NCBI GenBank assembly: GCA_016748015.1
Contig: JAAOMT010000076.1
Span: 1-64,000, forward strand
Source: Geosiphon pyriformis uo1
Lineage: Eukaryota; Fungi; Glomeromycota
Reading direction: 5' to 3'
DNA length: 64,000 bases
In this document: one piece after another, positions 60,732 through 64,000 of the stretch
Layout of the letters: the number at the start of each line of letters is the position of its first letter
Numbering within the stretch: the stretch's first letter is position 1
Translations under genes and position numbers: made by a program
Notes under the pieces: model-generated
The model's database searches: none
What the model saw: only the letters and a program-made list of their open reading frames with translations
Told to the model about the DNA's origin: nothing

Positions 60732-63700
60732 AAACAATACAGCAAAACAACTTCAAAGTGGCAATCACACCAGATGCAACAACTCTAGAGTATTACCAAT
60801 CAATTTACACCCACTGCAAGCAAAGATTCAACATTCCAGACGGAATTGAAGTTGTCAAGAAATCAGTATACCAATACATTGAAAACTGCATCAACAATTA
60901 TTTTTTTGGAAATTACAATATCTCAGAAGTTAGAAACAACCTTTACAATAATTTAGTACACTATTCACAGTTGGAAACTGAAGACCTTAACAGTGAAACA
61001 CTTGCCACTTACTTTCAAGAACTAAATTTTAACATTATCAAGTACTGTGAAGAAACATATCCAGTGCAGTCTCAATACTTCATTGATTTTGAATCAGAGA
61101 CAGAAACAAGCAACAAAGGCAAACAAAAATTGAAGCAATACTCAAAAACCACCCCAAATACCCCAATACTACCAAAAACAACTGTCAAACACTTACAAAC
61201 ACCTGAACAAGGAACCAGTTCAAAACTTCCACTTACTATTACACCTTTTCCAGCTTCACTTGCACAAGCACAAATACTTAATTCATCCTTAAATCGATTT
61301 GCAAGACTAGAAGATTTTACATTACCCAGAAGTCTCACCAAACAACAAGAACCCCTTCAAACTAATTCCAATCTTCTTGACTTTTTAGCTAAAAATCGAA
61401 GTGAACATTCTGAGACAGCAGTAAACAAAGAAAATGACTCTGAAATATCTGAAGAAGAATCAATAGACAGTGAAAATGAAGAAGACAAAATGACAGCATA
61501 CATCACAAAAATCTCTGAATTCAATGGAGAAGACATTGAGACCAGTCCCCAAGAATGGCTTGACTAAGTTACTAAAACTGGAGATGCAAATAGATGGAAT
61601 GCTGACAGAATGTTAAGAACAATTCCCTACTTTCTCAAAGGAACAGCAGGCGAATGGTTTGAAAACTTGACCACCCCTTTTAATGACTGAACAGCTTTTA
61701 AAACTGCCTTCTTAGAACAATTTACCAATAACAACACCTTAATCACTCTTCGAAATTGTTTTTGCAATATCAAACAAGAACCCTCCAAATCTGTTATGAC
61801 TTATATTGAGAAATTCAACAAACTTCTCAGACAAATTCACCAACTTGAAACTAATAATTATTATTTCAATGCTCAAATCTTGGATTAATTTATCACTGGT
61901 TTAAAAGATAAATTGATTAAAAAGGTTTGCCCACATGCCCCAGAAGATTTAAACTCTGCCATTCAACATGCAAAGAGATATGAAATGGCCATGGAAGAAG
62001 CCAATTGTACAAAACTCGTGAACTTAGCCATTGGAGAAACCAGCTCAGCAGCTGAAGAGAAAATTGACCAACTTGCAATGAAAGTCAAAAACTATTTCAC
62101 CAACCAACAACAACAGCAACCCCAAAGATATCAACCACCCCAAAGACAAAATCAAAACAACTTCACATCACCCTCTAATAACCAGCTTCAGAGTTGCTAT
62201 TACTGTAGAATTTCTGGCCACTGGAAAAAAGATTGCAGAAAGCTACAATGAGACCAACAAAATAGGAGTAATCAATGTTACCCTTTACCACAGCAATCTT
62301 ATTATCAACTACTACTACCAGTTTACTATCTATCAAGACCTCAATATTAAAGTAACTATTATCAACTTGCTCCACAGCCAATTCAACAGCAATACCAACA
62401 ACCACCCACACAACATTATCAAGTGCCTGCTCGAAGATTAATCCCACAAAATCAATTTACACCACAAAACTGATACCAAGTAAACAACAATAGAATCAAT
62501 TCAAACAACCAATTAGTTTCCCAAAATCCAGCTTAGCCAAGACCCACCCATTATCATACTCAACCTAGCTATCTTACAATACCTGAAGAACAGAATTTTT
62601 ACCATACTGCACTTTTGGAAGGTAGAGCTGTAGCACAACAACAAAACCCTTCCTATATTCCTACCACAATCTTACCAGCCAGAATTGCTGAAAATGCCAA
62701 CCTTTCAGACATATTCCCTTTTGAGTTTGAAGCAAATAAGTTGCCATTCCTGCTTAGCAATGCGGCCGCCAATGAACAAAAAGCAATCACTGCTATGTAC
62801 ACTGAAGCAGAAGTCGAAGGAAAGGCAATTCGCTTGATCCTAAACAGTAGATCCGCTGGAAGCATCATCACCTACCAGTTAATGCAACAGTTAAAGAGAA
62901 ATGTCGACTGACCAGCTCAAACAGTAATCATTACTGCCAATAGCATGAAAAAGACTCCAGTAGGAGAAATTGACAATTTTCCATTCACTCTTGATGAAAT
63001 CACCATTCCAGTCAAAGTTCTTGTAATGAACACACTCCAGTACCAAGCTCTTGTCAGAAATGATTGGCTTCAAAAAGCCAATACTAATCTGAATTGGGAG
63101 ACATAAGAGTTAACAATCTCCTACCAAGGACAACATACCCAGATACCTGCCACTTGTAGTACATTCAACAAACACTCCGAAAAAGCCCCAGCTTTTGAAT
63201 TCGAACTGGAAGAAGAAAAGCCCATCATTGAAACATTTATGGCACTTGGATCAATCTCCAATTGGGCCGATGAAACTGAACAACAGTATTTTTCAACAAA
63301 TAATTCTCTTGAAACAAAAGAACCAGTAACAACCAGATGGAATGTCTCCTATTCAAAACCAGAACCACGAAAACAATGCCTCTACATTCCACTCAAATGC
63401 AAGGACTGCCATAAGAAACTTTCCTCAATGGGAGCCTGCATTTCACCTGAAGAAGAATATGAAAATCATACTTGTTATTACTGTAAGGCTTGCCATAGAA
63501 AACGATGGGGCCATCTAATAAAAAAAAGTGGAAAATGGGATAACACTTCTTGTTTGACTTGTGGAGATATGCTACCAGAAGAATGCAATTGGATTGATAT
63601 AGCAATAAAAGGAGGAGTCTGTGATCAGACCTGTCAATATGCTTTATCAATTTCAGAAAAAGTAAAAAGAGGAACACCCTTTAATGCGGCATACAACAGT

Positions 63701-64000
63701 GCTCTCAACAAACTTTATCACTACCCCCATGATGCTGAGATGATTTTCGATCTAGCAATGGCATTAATTAATGGAGCTACCAAAGAAGATGTCCATCAAA
63801 TGAAAGAAGCAGAATACATTGAATACACCATGGAATTAGCTGGATTCGATTATGAAAATGAAGTAAAAGTCTACCATCAAATTGCAAGTTACACCTACCC
63901 AACCCAAGAAGCTCAAATTTAATGATTAGAGCAAATGAACATTAGGCTATGTGAAGAATGCATTATGCCTTGTGATAAACAGTGATGTCTTGAATGATAT

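Larger units (their letters stand above)
59727..64000 (+). mobile_element. Ty3/Gypsy element C (5' LTR 59727-60713, PBS, gag, protease, Cys-rich domain; continues beyond the window)
   Basis: TGTTACCAGAC...CCAGTAACA-TT-TGGTGCTCTCCCATGG. ORFs 60728, 61913, 62615 and 63239 are all in one frame. CCHC CYYCRISGHWKKDC; protease IL(N)S(R)SAGS. Confidence 0.95.

Overview
Eukaryotic (fungal) genomic DNA, very AT-rich. The style of the repeats suggests Glomeromycotina (Geosiphon/AM-fungus-like), which is an unverified inference. Only two intact host genes are present, each in a small CpG-containing island: a 10-exon UTP15 (6900-9444, +) and a 2-exon gene for a protein with five AT-hooks and a C-terminal Myb/SANT domain (50375-51492, -). 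Almost everything else is nested, C-to-T/G-to-A-hypermutated retroelements of three kinds. (1) Autonomous APE-RT-RNaseH LINEs whose ORF1 stop overlaps the ORF2 start (ATGA). (2) A non-autonomous ~2.3-kb family encoding only a diverged ORF1 but ending in the LINE's structured 3' tail (HAL1-like). (3) ~9.8-kb Ty3/Gypsy elements with ~0.96-0.99-kb TGTTAC...GTAACA LTRs and 4-bp TSDs. These have an unusually complex layout: one Gag-PR-[Cys-rich domain]-dUTPase-RT-RNaseH frame, an integrase that appears to be a separate ORF, and a conserved ~238-aa third ORF running through the PPT into the 3' LTR. The hypermutation hits both strands after insertion, favours CpG and pyrimidine-preceded C, spares the genes and increases with nesting age. 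A 20-N gap with a duplicated 278-bp overlap is an assembly artefact.
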